In this document: positions 46,477-60,386 of the stretch, piece by piece | How the letters are laid out: each line of letters opens with the position of its first letter | Position numbering within the stretch: the stretch's first letter is position 1 | NCBI RefSeq assembly: GCF_009914755.1 | Contig: NC_060928.1 | Reading direction: 5' to 3' (one strand) | DNA from: the human T2T-CHM13v2.0 reference genome, Homo sapiens | DNA: 64,000 nt | The notes under the pieces: generated by a model | Databases searched by the model: none | Told to the model about the DNA's origin: nothing | Seen by the model: the letters and a program-made list of their open reading frames with translations, nothing else | Made by a program: the position numbers and the translations under genes

Positions 46477-48427
46477 CTATAAATAATAGGAGCAAATTCA
46501 GATTTTTAAAAAATTGAATTATCAAGAATATGTCAATATATATTACTATGCTTCATTGTGACCAGAATGAATAAAGACAGTATTTGGCAGAATGAATAAA
46601 CTTGGTTTATCAGGGTTATAAATAATCAGTTCTCAGGGCAGGGCATAATATTTGTTGCAGAACTAGATGTGACTTAAGATTTGATTGGTCATTTTATCTG
46701 TATGGTTATAAAGAAACCAAGAAATGTTTTTGTAAGCCATGGCAAACATAAAACATATTTCACAACTGTGTTTATCTCTTTTGGATGCAATGTAGACAGA
46801 AGTGGATCCTTCATAAAGAACCCCCTTACCAAAATACTCTCTTAAATGGATTTTTTTTCCAAGCCACTCTAACCTGCTGTAAACAGTAAATCAGTAACAA
46901 AAGAGGTATCTTCAGCTAGGTTATGATGGACATTGTAGTGCTGGTTATTCTGCTAATTTATTAATAGCTCAAACCAACATTTTGTAAAATGTTTCCATTC
47001 CTTTGGTCAGCAATGTTTAAAAAATATAACAAGATGGCTAAATAATTTAAGATGAGCTAGGAGTGAAAGTGAGTCTGGGGACAAAGGTACAGAAATGGAA
47101 CCATCTAACAGCTAGAAGGTAGAGTGATCACATTGTGGGAAGTGATATGGGTAGATGCCTAAAATCCACACACAGTGTAGCAGCTTCCTAAACAAGAGTG
47201 GATGACTGGATGTATGAACGGGAGGCCATTTGTTACAACTCAAGGGTGGCCAAAGAAGCAAAACTAACATGTATGAAAAAGTAAACTATTTGGCAATAAA
47301 TGAAAGAGTATTATACAAATCCTTTCCTTGCTTATTTTTGCTGGTGCATTCATCAGATACTATTTAAATTTACTGGCATTTGGTCACTAATATATTTTAA
47401 GAATCACCTTTTTGTATAAAAATTAACTGCTTTTTATTCACAGTTATTTATTATTTATTTTTGCACAGTAACTATATTTTTTCTCCTGCTGACATTTAGC
47501 AATTGCTTTGGTTAACAATTTTAGATTTTTCAAGAGAGGTTAAAGTGACAATCATTAGGTAGGTTTTTGTGAACTTGAAATGTCTGCGTTTTTTTAAAAG
47601 GTCATTAGCAATTAACTCTGCTTTCAACATTGACAATCAGATTTCTCAAAAACGCATCCAACCAATACAATTTTCTAAAGATTAGCTTTATAATGTAAAT
47701 TAAAAGAGAAGGTTAGGCATATATTTGCCAGTGTTAAATAATTGGACTACAGGAATCTTCTGAAAAGAAAGGAAAAAGGCATAAAAGGCATAATTCATGC
47801 TAAACAATAAAACCCAAACCCTAGAATTTTAAATACAAAAGAAAACATACAATTCTTCCAATGATTTTATTTACTTGAGTAATACAAAACCAATTTTAAT
47901 GTTCACATGCAAACTTGGCCAAATCTCCACTGGCTCTATATTTGTGGCCTAGTGCTCTCTGGTATGGCAGTGACAGTCTAAATTTCTAGTGTAACAATTT
48001 TTTTCTTAATGCTTTCAACTTAAGTACCTTTTGGGTTTAAAGAGAGAATTTCTACAGTATAAAAAAATTCCCATATAAGATTATATAAATGCCAGTTATT
48101 CTTAGAAAGTATTAGTGTCTAGAAGGTATACTTAAAAAGTATTCATTAGGCTCTTAATATATATTCAAGATATTTAATCTTGTTATTTGATATTTAACCA
48201 TTTCATGGACTATCATCTATCTTACCCAAGATAAAAGATGAGAGGCATATCATACACTCATGCCACCAAGGTAAATAGTGCAAAGGAAAAATACTTTGGT
48301 AATTTCATGCCATTTATTAGAACCGAAGTTCCTATGAATCTATGAATGCATGTATGTATGTGTAAGTTTCATCGGCCCAATTTGCATCTTTAGATGCAAA
48401 AACAGGGAGGGATACACACATACTTAC

Positions 48428-48518
48428 TTGTGAACTGACAGTCCCCGGGATCATTGGCCTGGGCTGTAGGAAGAAAGTGCTGCCCTTCTTCTGATGCCCC
48501 TTCCTCTTTAATTTCCAT
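48428..48518 (-). CDS. INPP4B: INPP4B first coding exon, coding part ([30 protein letters not shown] + 1 nt)
   Basis: ATG at 48518 in strong Kozak context (ATCATGG) with an in-frame TGA 12 nt upstream; 91 coding nt; donor A|gtaagt at 48427; translation matches the recalled INPP4B N-terminus. Confidence 0.96.
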
Positions 48519-48644
48519 GATCAACCTTCACAGTTTTAAAATTTTCCAAATTTTCTTGTCCAAATGTCAGTTCTAGTGATTCCTGGTTTAATGTAGATGT
48601 ATCTTCACACTAAAGATCTGATATCCCACTCTGAAATTCTGTAC
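48519..48644 (-). other. INPP4B: 5'UTR part of the INPP4B ATG-containing exon (whole exon 48428-48644, 217 nt)
   Basis: Acceptor ttttgatgtttcctag|GTAC ends at 48645; there is no ATG in these 126 nt. Further upstream UTR exons were not identified in the window. Confidence 0.8.
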
Positions 48645-51600
48645 CTAGGAAACATCAAAAGTTAAAATTTCAGTCATATTGGAGTTCAGTATAAAGCTAA
48701 AAAGAAAAGGTAAGTAGAGACTGCAACTACATTCAAATAAACTTTCTTCCTGCCTACTCCACTCATACTTTCAGAACCATTCCACACAGTTAATGCATCA
48801 TAAAGTCTAGGTTTAATAGGTATTCTCAAAGCAATTATTACATAGTCATATGAAAGATTTCTAAAACATGAAAGGTGTATTATTTATCTTCTAGTTCAGT
48901 CTGTAAGATAGTGGATAGCTATAGGGGCTGCTAACTTAGTATAAAACCTAATTTAGCAGCAAGAGCATGTAGCATCTTGTCAAGACATTACCATGTTTTG
49001 ACAAGGTGAATATTACTATCGTTCTTTCCATTAGAATTGCCCTTTATGCTCATCTCTCCATCCACCCTTGTTAGAACATTATTACTGACCACATAAAAAA
49101 TAATTTGGCATGACATTCTTCTTCCAAGATGAGCCAACAGGTTGTACAGGAGAGTTTCCAACCTCATTATTATCCATGGAGTCTTTTGCTGCTCTACTTG
49201 ATAAAGGTGTAATTGTTTAATGATCATGGTATATGCTGAAAAGAATGAATCATTCTTCTAAAAAGCTAAAGCTCAAGGGGAAATTAAAGCAATAGAAAAT
49301 TGATGAAAATTAGCATGGGGAAAGAAAGACTCTCCAAGAACTTAATACCCTGTCATACAGACAGCCTCAAATACTTACAAATTCATTTTTATATTTAACA
49401 TGATATATATGACCAAGAATAAATTTTTTAAAAAATCAATGTTGTTTTAAATCAAGTTACCAGCTGAATTAAAATGTATAAAAATATTTAAATGTCTGCC
49501 CAATGCCGTTTAATGAGATAGCAGTAATCAAGTTTGGTTTATAATACTAATAATGTCTCAAACTTCACAAACCAACAGCCTCACTCTTTGCAGTTCTTGG
49601 TAAAGTGGCTTCATTTATAATTCAGCTCTAGTTTAAAAAAATCTGGCAGAAATTAAATTCAAAACGCTTCTTGAATTTTTAGAAAATAGTATAATAAAAT
49701 TATAGATAAATACATATTGGCTTCTAAGGATACAATCAAGAATATTTCTGGGGGTAGAAGGCTATTGCACCATCAATTAGACCAAATCCATCAATTTGAA
49801 CATTATGTTTTGAATTAATAATAAAGCTTGAACAGCGATCATGCTTCCTAATTTTTTTTACCATTAAATTTAGAAGTCTTTTCTGATAAGAACACACACA
49901 TTCATAGCACCACGTTCTCCCAAAGACCTATGACAAATGCTAATAGTGAGATAATATCTGTAGCAGACTGCAAGGCATGTGTGACTTGGACATGAGGACT
50001 ATATAATTTGTTAATTTCTCTATATTTCTTGACCAAAGACTCAACCCACAATCCTGATCAGTCATCTTCAAATGTGAAAAGGAGGCAGTATGATGAATCC
50101 TAGCAAAATAACACCTCAGCACACTATCGGTGAATAATTAATGAAATAAATATCTAATTCTGTTTATCGGTATATGTGCACTTGTATAATTTGAGGATGG
50201 GAGGAGAAGACTGACGTAAGATGTCTACAAAGTCTCATTAATGTGGTCCCATTTTAAGCATACTATCCATGCAAAACTAATTCGCTAAGTGAAAATAAAT
50301 TCAATTTTAGAGAGAATGAAGTTAAATATACAAAACAAGAATTATGAGATAACCTCTTGATATTCTGTTTATTTTCACTGAGGACAAACTGAAGATTTGG
50401 TACTTGTTATCCAAGTACACACTTCAGAAGGAATTAGTCACAAAGCTCAAGAAAGTAACTGCATTTTTAGCTGTTAAGTAGAGCATTTACCTATGGTTAT
50501 GATAACATACAGCAGTTTATTTTCTGTGCCTACTTGCAAAATTTTTTCACAATAATAGATTGTGGTTGTTGTATACCACAAGCATACTTAAAAGAGATAG
50601 CTTTTAAGCATATTTCTACTCAGGCCAGTTCTCACATCTTTTATCTTACTCAGAAGAGGTACAAGCTGAATGGTCATCATACTCAGAAAATACTCTTGGT
50701 TCTCTCACCCTCCCCCAGGGACAAAAGATGATTGGTAGTTATAGTTCAGTTATATTTAATTGAACAATATTTCTCACTGACCACTACAATAACAGATATT
50801 TGTTAATATTTTGTACACTCACATTATAAAGGGCAATCTGACAGACACATAAAATCATACAAGAAGGTTATTATTAATTAGGAAGACAAGACTAACAACA
50901 CACATCGAAAAATTGGAGACATTACATAATGAAGGGGCAAATGTGATGTGTTCAACATTAGTACAGCACTGTTCACTCACCAGTGATAGGTAAATCAAAT
51001 AGCATCTTCGTGTCAAGATAGTGTTCTGCCAGCAAATTGCAGGTACAGGAGATTGGTGTTAAGGAGAATGCCCTTAGTTGTTATGGTTCCTGTTTAATAG
51101 CATATTTCAGGGACAGTGTCATATACCAGAGTTCTCATCAAATTTGAGATTTTTTTTAAAAAAGGAAATGGAGATTAAAAGAAATAAGATAAAGGGATTA
51201 AAATAAAAAGTACAGAAGATGAAAGGAGCAAAAAGAGGTGTCAGATTTCTTAGTGATTACATGTAAAAAATTGTAATGAGGGCAATCACTTTGCAAATAT
51301 TAAATAATGCAACTTATTTACAATAGTCTTTACCTCACAATCATCTATAGAGACCGAGACGTGATATTTTTTAGTCCAGTGTAAAAAATGGCAAAACAAG
51401 TTTGAGGAAACAAGATGTGCTAAATCCTTTACCTCTCATTTAGTGAACTATGGTGATGTACCTGGATGGTCAAATTCCAAAATTTTTACATAATGAGCTG
51501 AAGACACTCCTGAAATCCATGAAGTTGGAATCAGAGGTAGACAAAGACAGGTGAGGGAGACCAAGTCAGGGTTCAGGGAGTGGTGCTCCTCTCTAGGACT

Positions 51601-52051
51601 TTAAATCCCAGAAGGGAGGAGAACTCACTGGTGGATGGCAAGTGGATGTCCTGTCTCCATTGCAAATATAGGAGGAACCATCTTTCAGGTTGTCCCTGTG
51701 GAAACATTGAACTTTCTACCGGGGGTGGAAGAGAGCCCATCAAGTAGATGGGCAGAGGGACAGGGCCTCAGTTTAAACCCAGCATTTCCCTCTGCTCCTC
51801 TCACTCATGGATAAGCCTGAGAAAAGACTACTGGCTCTCAAAGTGTGGATAAAAAGGAAGCTGAGCTGAGACCTAGCACATGTCTCTGATAAAAGGGATA
51901 CGGTGACCCTGCAGCAGAGGTTATAGTGTTGGCTTTCTAGGCCAAGAAGCAGATAGAGGATATGGCCAAAACTCAGTAGGTTTTCTCTGCCATCTAGAGA
52001 CAAGATGAGGCCTAGTTAGTCAGAAAGCATGAGAGAGGACAATCTATGCAG

Positions 52052-52255
52052 CAAGGGTGTCCAATCTTTTGGCTTCTCTGGGCCACATTGGAAGAAAAAG
52101 AATTGTCTTGGGCCACACCTAAAATGCACTACCAGATAGCTGATAAACTAGAAAAAAAAAATCACCAAAAAAAGGCATAATGTTTTAAGAAAGTTTACAA
52201 ATTTGTGTTGGGCCACATTCAAAGCAATCCTGGGGCCGCAGGTTGGACAAGCTTA
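52052..52255 (+). mobile_element. MER30 (hAT-Charlie MITE)
   Basis: caagggtgtccaatcttttggcttc...ggttggacaagctt with imperfect TIRs; matches recalled MER30 consensus. Confidence 0.88.
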
Positions 52256-52734
52256 GGCTACAGGTTACTCCAGCCAGATGGGGGAGCAGTGACTGGGCCA
52301 GGATTGCTGTGTCTCAATGGACAAAAGCAAATATCCACCCAGTAACACATGAGACAAATGAGTTCCATTTGTCCCATGCCACATGGTCATGTGAGACCCT
52401 TTTCCTCACACAAGTGGCACTATCTTAGGAAAAGAAGCAGGGAAAAGGGGAGTTAGCATAAAGATACTTAAACACAAGTGTTTTCAACAGTAGTGGATAG
52501 GAAGTTAAAAACTTTTATTCATTTAGTTTTGTTTTGTTTTGTGCTCTCACTTAGTGAGTGCTTATCATGACCAAAATATGAAGGGAAAAAAAAGTCCTTT
52601 CAATAAGAATGAAACTTGCCATTCCTACCACAAATTTAATTTTTTTCTAGTTAAAATCATTTTTAATGAAATGTTTAAAAAATCCCTACATAGTTATCCC
52701 TTTAAGATAAAAAAAAAAGTACAGGAATTTATTT

Positions 52735-55700
52735 GGGGGAGGGGGGGTGGGGCCAAGATGGCCAACTAGAAGCAGTGGTGATCAGAGGCTTTCATCTAAA
52801 AGAAGCAAAAGAGCATACAAATCCTGCACCAGCAACTGAGGTATCCAGTTCTGTCATCAGGACTGATAGGTGGCTGGCATGACCCAGAGAGTAAAAGGAA
52901 GAGCAGTGTGGTGTGGCTGCCCACCTGAGAGCCATACGGGGAGGGGAGCCCCCATACCCAGACAAGGGAGGCAGGAAGTAAGTGTGCTATTCAGCCTGGG
53001 GAAACTTGCTTTTTCCAAGGAACTGTGCAACCCATAGATCGGAAGTTCCCACTCATGAACCCATGCCACTGGGGCCTAGGGTCCCAACCACAGAGCCATG
53101 CAAATTCTCAACAGCCACTTGGCTGGAATCTGCCTAAGTCAGCCAGGTTTCTGGGGGGAGGGGCGGCATCACCACTGCTGCTGTTGTTTGCTGTCTAAAC
53201 CTTATGAGCTCCTTGGGGGAGGGGCAGGAGCCAACATTGCAGCTGCTAGCTACTTAATACACTAAGCTCCCAGTGGGGAAGGGCGGCAGCTATCACTGAA
53301 GCTCCAGGCCACACTTTACCCCTGCTGAAGCCAGGGAGGCTGGACGACTGGGTCCCGAGAGGTATTCTCCACAGCCCAGCACACAGGCTGTGGCAGACTA
53401 CGGCCAGATTGCCTCTTCAAGCCAGACACTGACCCATCCCTCCTCACTGGGCGAGGCCTCCCTACAGGAACTCCAACAACTCCAGCCAGGTGCTCAGGGA
53501 CAGAACTCTGATCTCCCTGGGCCTGAGCCCCTAGAGAAAGGCGTGGCAATAGTCTCTGTGAACCAGCAGACTTAGTCTTTCCTCCTGCTAGCTCTGTAGA
53601 ATCCAGGCAGCCCAGAAGAGCAGGTTTCCCTCCAGTGCAGCACACCCCCTCCACCACGGGACAGCGAAAGTGCTTTGTTAAATGGGTCCTGCTTCCCATG
53701 CCACCCAACTGGGTGACCCCCCACAAGGGTCATCAGACACCCTATACAGGAGCATTCCTACTAGCATCAGATCGGTGCCTCTTGAGGTCTGAGATACCAG
53801 AGGAAGGAGCAGGCACCCATCTTTTCTGTTCTCCAGCCTCCTCAAGTGACATCTCCAGTTGTGGGAGCAAACCAGATGAATAGGGCCTGAAGTGAACCTC
53901 CAGCAAACCACAGCAGCCCTACAGAAGAGAGACCTGACTAGTGAAAAACAAACAAATAAAGCAACAACAAGAGCATCAACAAAAATGTCCCCACAGAAAC
54001 CTCATCCAAGTGTCAGCAGCCTCAAAGATTGAAACTAGACAAACTCATGAAGATGAGAAAGAATCAATAAAAAAAAAAAAAAGATGAAAACCCCAAAGGC
54101 CAGAGTGCCTCTTCTCCTCCAAATGATAGCAACACCTCTCCAACAAGGGCACAGAACTGGATGGAGGATGAGATGGATAAATTGACAGAAGTAGGCTTCA
54201 GAAGGTGGGTAACAACAAATTTTGCTGAGGTAAAGAAGAATGTTCTAACCCAAGGCAAAGAAGCTAAGAACCATGATCAAATGTTACAGGAGCTGCTAAC
54301 TAGAATAAACAGTTTAAAGAGGAACATAAATGACCTGGAGCTGAAAAACACAGCACAAGAACTTTGTGAAGCATACACAAGTATCCATAGCCAAGTAAAT
54401 CAAGCAGAAGAAATAATTTCAGAGATTGAAGACTATCTTGCTGAAATAAGGTAGGCAGACAAGACTAGAGAAAAAAAGAATGAAAAGGAACCAACACAAC
54501 CTTCAAGAAATATGGAACAAAATCTTCAAGAAATATGAGACTAAGTAAAGAGACTGAACCTACAACTGTTTGGAGTACTTGAAAGAGACAAGGAGAGTGG
54601 AACCAAGTTGGAAAACTTCCCCAACCTAGAAAGACAGGCCAACATTCAAATTCAAGAAATACAAAGAACCGCACTAAGATACTCCATTAGAAGATCAGCC
54701 CCAAGACACATAATCACCATATTCTCCAAGGTCGACATGAAGGAAAAAATATTAAGGGCAGCCAAAAAGAAAGGCCAGGTCACCTACAAAAGGAAGCCCA
54801 CCAGACTAACAGCAGATCTCTCAGAAGAAACCCTACAAGCCAGAAGAGACTGGGGGCCAATATTCAACATTCTTAAAGAAAAGAATTTTCAACCCAGAAT
54901 TTCATGTCTGGCCAAACTAAGCTTCACAAGCTTAGTTTAATGATAAAGGGGATATCACCACTGATCCCACAGAAATACGAACTACCATCAGAAAATACTA
55001 TAAACACCTCTATGCAAATAAACTGGAAAATCTGGAAGAAATGGTTAAATTTCTGGACATATGCACCCTCCCAAGATTAAACTAGGAAGAAGTCAAATCC
55101 CTGAATATATCAATAACAAGTTCTGAAATTGAGGCAGTAATAAATAGCCTAGCAACCAAAAAAAGCCCAGGATCAGACAGATTCACAGCTGAATTCTACC
55201 AGAGGTACAAAGAGGAGCTGGTACCATTCCTTCTCAAGCTATTTTAAACAATTGAAAAAAGAAGGATCTCTTTAAGGAGAACTATAAACCACTGCTCAAG
55301 GTAATACAAGGGGACACAAATAAATGGAAAAACATTCCACGCTCATGGATAGGAAGAATCAATATTGTGAAAATGTCCATATTGTGCAAAGTAATTTGTA
55401 GATTCAATGCTATTCCCATCAAACTACCATTGACATTCTTCACAGAATTAGAAAAAAACTACTTTAAAATTCATATGGAACCAAAAAAGAGCCTGTATAA
55501 TAAATATAATCCTAAGCAAAAGAACATAGCTGGAGGCATCATGTTACCTGACTTCTAACTATACTACAAGGCTATAGTAACCAAAACAGCATGGTACTGT
55601 TACCAAAACCAACAAATATAACAATGGAATATAATAGAGACCTCAGAAATAAGACCACACATCTACAAACATCTGATCTTTGACTACCCTGACAGAAACA

Positions 55701-56135
55701 AGCAATGGGGAAAAGATTCCCTATCTAATAAATGGTGCTGGAAAAACTGGCTAGCCATATGCAGAAAACTGAAACTGGACCCCTTCCTTACACCTTGTAC
55801 AAAAATTAACTCAAGATGGTTTAAAGAGTTAAATGTAAAACCTGAAACCATAAGAACCCTAGAAGAAAACCTAGGAAATACCATTCAGGACATAGGCATG
55901 GGCAAAGATTTTATGATGAAATTGCCAAAACAACTGCAACAAAAGCAAAATTGACAAATAAAATCTAATTAAAGAGCTTCTGCACAGCAAAACAACAAAA
56001 AACTATAATCAGAGAGAATAGGCAACCTACAGAATGGGAGAAAATTTTTGCAATCTACCCGTCGGACAAAGGCCTAATTTTCAGAATTTACAAGGAACTT
56101 AGACAAATTTACAAGAAATAAACAAAGAACCCCAG
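52735..56135 (+). mobile_element. Mid-aged L1PA with 5'UTR, broken ORF1 and internally deleted ORF2; 3' end missing
   Basis: Starts gggg...ccaagatggcc; GC-rich 5'UTR; ORF1p fragments (54161..54454, 54608..54940); ORF2p fragments (55367..55558); no poly(A). Confidence 0.9.
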
Positions 56136-56261
56136 CAAGACATTAAATGCCTTCTACATGTAAAGATGTTTGGTAGCCTAAAACAATTATTTATAAATTT
56201 CTTGTGAATAAATCACAGACATAAAATCTATAGATGAGTTAAACCTTTAGGGAATGCACAC

Positions 56262-56720
56262 TGTGGGACCATGGGGTGCACCACTCAGATGTCTCATCAA
56301 GAGACCTGCTGTGAGAAATACGGGTGTCTGAGCCTCGAGCCTCCATGTCTGCAGAATACTCCAAGGTCCTCAGGGAAGCCATGTGCCTCCTAGATCGCTC
56401 CAAGTGCCTACACATGGCAGAAGTATTATAGTCAGGCCATTTCTGCCTGTTGCGGGATTTTGCTAACAAGCAATCTTTGTTCTGGGGCTCCCCATCAGCT
56501 TGGCCAAGACTTTCTTAAAGCTGTACTATAGTCTGAGGCTCTTCCTGTGTAATTCTCCCCCTTCCGTCTCTGTGTGGAAGTGTCATACAGGTGTATTACA
56601 GTCTGAAGATTCTCCCACCCTGCTCTCTCACCTTTATCCTTCTCAAGTGTCCTCCCAATAAATCTTTTGCATGTCTCATTTCATCTTGGCATCTGTTTCT
56701 GAAAGACCCAAACTGACACA
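56262..56720 (+). mobile_element. LTR16C-type solo LTR (ERVL)
   Basis: TG...CA ends (tgtgggacc...aactgacaca), AATAAA, approximate 5-bp TSD cacac/aacac; resembles recalled LTR16C consensus. Confidence 0.8.
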
Positions 56721-57369
56721 AACACTTAGTAAACACTACTATGGGAATATATTCCCTCCTTCATGGATTCTTTCACATTTTATTAATTTATGTACCTATC
56801 TATATGTGTGTGTATTTATTTGGGCTGATTCTTGACAGAACAGAAATTCTGAGACATGAACAAAAGAATGCACAAAGTCAAGAGTTTAATCAATTTTTCC
56901 TCCTATGAAGCAGCATACAAGTAAGAAAGAAACTCTCTAATGTTGGTATTCCCTATCAGCTTCTAGCCAAAATTTAAAACTCTCTCTGAGCCAGTTATGG
57001 AGTTGAGTTGATGACAACCTATGATATCAAATATGCAGAAGAAACGGGTCACATTACACCCAATGGCTTTCTACATTCCATTCTATCATCCTCAGATACA
57101 TTCCTAATTGACATACCTTCAAATTCTATGGGCCAGGTTTAAGTGCCACCTCATCCATGATGACTTCTCTTTCTTCAGCTGAAAGCAATACCATGCTCTC
57201 CTAAGTTCCCCTAGTAACTTATCTCACATAATTTATTACTGTTTATTTTCTACTTTATAGATATACATTTTTTCCTCTGCTTTTTAATAAAATAACTCTG
57301 TCAGAACGTAAATTTGATTCTCTTATTTCCCCATAGCAACAAGATTGATTCCAATAAGCACTAGATAAA

Positions 57370-59290
57370 TCTATTCATCCATTTATTGTATAAACAAACA
57401 TTTATTAAGAAGTCACCATGTGCAAGGCACTGAGCACACAGAAATAACTAACTTAGGATTGGCCTTTAAAAGAATTCAGTCTTAGTAGGAGGAAATCAAA
57501 TGAATAGTTACAGTGGAATGTGATAACTGCCATGAAAGGGATATTATCAGAGTATAGGGCAGAAGGAAAGAGCACCAAATAAGGGCTCAAATAAATCCAG
57601 GATGACTGCATGGAAGAGGCTCCAGGAAGTGAACTACGTGAAGGGGAGAGTCCTGGCAATTCTAGGCCAACGGAGCAGCAGGAATGAAAGATGTGGGAAA
57701 ATAAGAATATGACAAGTCAGAGAATTGCAAATAGTTCAGTTTGGCTAAATCCAAGATGTTGGTTTTCCTAATGTTTTTTATCCTGTCAATGAAATTTTTT
57801 CATATGAAATATAATGGCTTATATGTAAAACAGATAAAAGCAGAGCTGCTCTGTTTGGTGTGGGCTGGGAAATACAAGCCCTATTAACCCCCTGCCCGTC
57901 ATTCACTCCTTGCCTTCACTTTTTCTCTCATGGAGCTTTAAAAATACATTCTTAGAACTCAATTTGAAAACTTTGAGTCTCCTTCTTTTTTAAAATAAAT
58001 ACATTTTATTGTGTATATTTAAGATATGCACATGACGTTATAAGATACACATATATGGCAAAATAGTTACTATGGTGGAACAAATTAACATATTCATCAT
58101 CTTATTCATTTACCTATTTTGGCCCCTGTGGCAAGAGCAGCTATAATCTACTCATTTAGCAAAAATGCTGAATAAAATACTATTATTAAGCACTGTCCTC
58201 ATGTTGTCCATTAGATTTTTGTGTGTATGGTGGTGGTTATTCCTTATCTGAGATGAGAATTGCTTCCAGAGAAAAACTAGCAAGACAAGCGGAGATCAGA
58301 GAAAAAGCTTGAAGGCCAGGCTAGAGAGAATAAGCTTAATTATGAGAGCAGAAAGAAGCCACATTAGATATACTTAAGCAAGAGAGTGACATGATCATAC
58401 GTGAATTTTAGAAAATCCACTACAGTGTCAAAAAGTAAAGACTGTACTGAAAGGTGGTAGCTTGATAAGAAAAGCAACCTATTTAGAGGTTAATATTCAA
58501 GGAAAATAAAATAATAATGAGGGTTAAGCCAAGATAGAAGTATATGATTAGAGAACAGAATCTAGATTCTAAGTTATTAAATAGAATTACCTGATGTTGG
58601 TGATAGAATTAGATGTGATATCAGAGGTGAATTCATGCAAAAGAGAAAGATCATGCTACCTAGTAAATTACAAGCCACTAACCTATCAGGAGAGAATAAA
58701 AGGAATTTTAGTCAAGGATAGTTAATTTAGTTTTACTCATGTTGTTCTGAGGTGCCTTAGAAACACACATGGGTCTAAATTTTCTGGAGAAATATTAAGT
58801 CTAGAGAAGTATCTTTGGTTAAGTGTATTTGGCTAATGGTTAAAACCAAATAATTCATGAAGTCACTAAAAAAATGCATATAGTGAGAAGAAGAGAGGGC
58901 TGAGGAATTAATCTTAAGGTGCAAAAATATTTAAGGGGACAAGAAAAGAAGTTAGTTGGAAAAGGCATGGTCAGTGATGGGAGGAGCAGCAGGTAGGAAG
59001 AACAGAGGGAACAGTGTCATCACTCTACTTAGCTGATATTTCTCAAGCAGATAAGGCCACTGAGTTAAGAAATAGCTTTTTTTTTTTTTTAATAATTGGG
59101 ATACATAAGCACATTTAAATGCTGAAGTAACATGGCCAGAAAAGAGAGAGAGAGAGAAATAGAATTGAACATTAAGGAGATACAAGCAAGGCAAAATCCA
59201 GGTGGTACAATCCACTATAATTAAAGAAAGGAAGGTGAGTAGAAAATGATGCATGATCTGAAATTGATGATGCTCTTACCAATGGCTTTA
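57370..59290 (-). mobile_element. Fragmented L2 with nested insertions
   Basis: Antisense L2 3' end (aacaaacatttattaag...atgtgcaaggcactgag) with purine-rich continuation after 58290. Confidence 0.6.
57985..58218 (-). mobile_element. L1MA 3'UTR fragment
   Basis: ttttattgtgtatatttaag...gtcctcatgttgtccattagat. Confidence 0.7.
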
Positions 59291-59348
59291 TTTTTTTTCT
59301 TAAATAAAAAAGCATATTTATGAACTCAATGTAGAAAAAGATTTTTCA

Positions 59349-59735
<387 letters not shown>

Positions 59736-60028
59736 TTAAAATTAAATGTTCTGTGGGCAAAAGATGTCATAAAAAGTGAGGAAACAAACCACGGACTAGG
59801 AAAATATATTTGTCACATAGAAGGTACCAGTTTCCATTTAGGATGTACAAAGATATAAAAGAATGACTCCCACCCTAACTTCAAGGAAAACTTAAATGAT
59901 GCATGAAATCATAAGTTTTCCTTAACTAGTAAAACAGATGAGGTCTCAGGGCAACCAACTAGTTGGATACCTAAGGAAATTTACATGTCTCCATGGAGCA
60001 GAGCATGGTAGGAAGATATGTCAGGCAC

Positions 60029-60386
60029 TGTATTAGTCTGTTCTCACACTGATAATAAAGACATACCTGAGACTGGGTAATTTATAAAGAAAAGAGGTTT
60101 AATGGACTCAAAGTTCCATACAGCTGGGGAGGCTTCACAATCATGGTGGAAGGCAAAGAAGAAACAAAGGCACATCTTACATGGCAGCAGGCAAGGGAGA
60201 GCTTGTGCAGGGGAACTCCCATTTATAAAACCATCAGATCTCGTGAGACTTATTCACTACCATGGGAACAGTATGGGGGAAACTGACCCCATGATTCAAT
60301 TATCTCCACCTGGCTCTGCCCTTGACACATAGGGATTATTACAATTCAAGGTAAGATTTGGGTAGGGATACAACCAAACCATATCA
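60029..60386 (-). mobile_element. THE1 solo LTR (MaLR)
   Basis: Reverse complement reads tgatatggtttgg...actaataca, about 360 bp, typical of THE1. Confidence 0.92.

Noticed and set aside
53316-55884. ORFs within the large L1 as functional ORF0/ORF1/ORF2
   Set aside because: They are broken by stops, frameshifts and deletions; the 136-aa minus-strand ORF is simply GC-rich 5'UTR.
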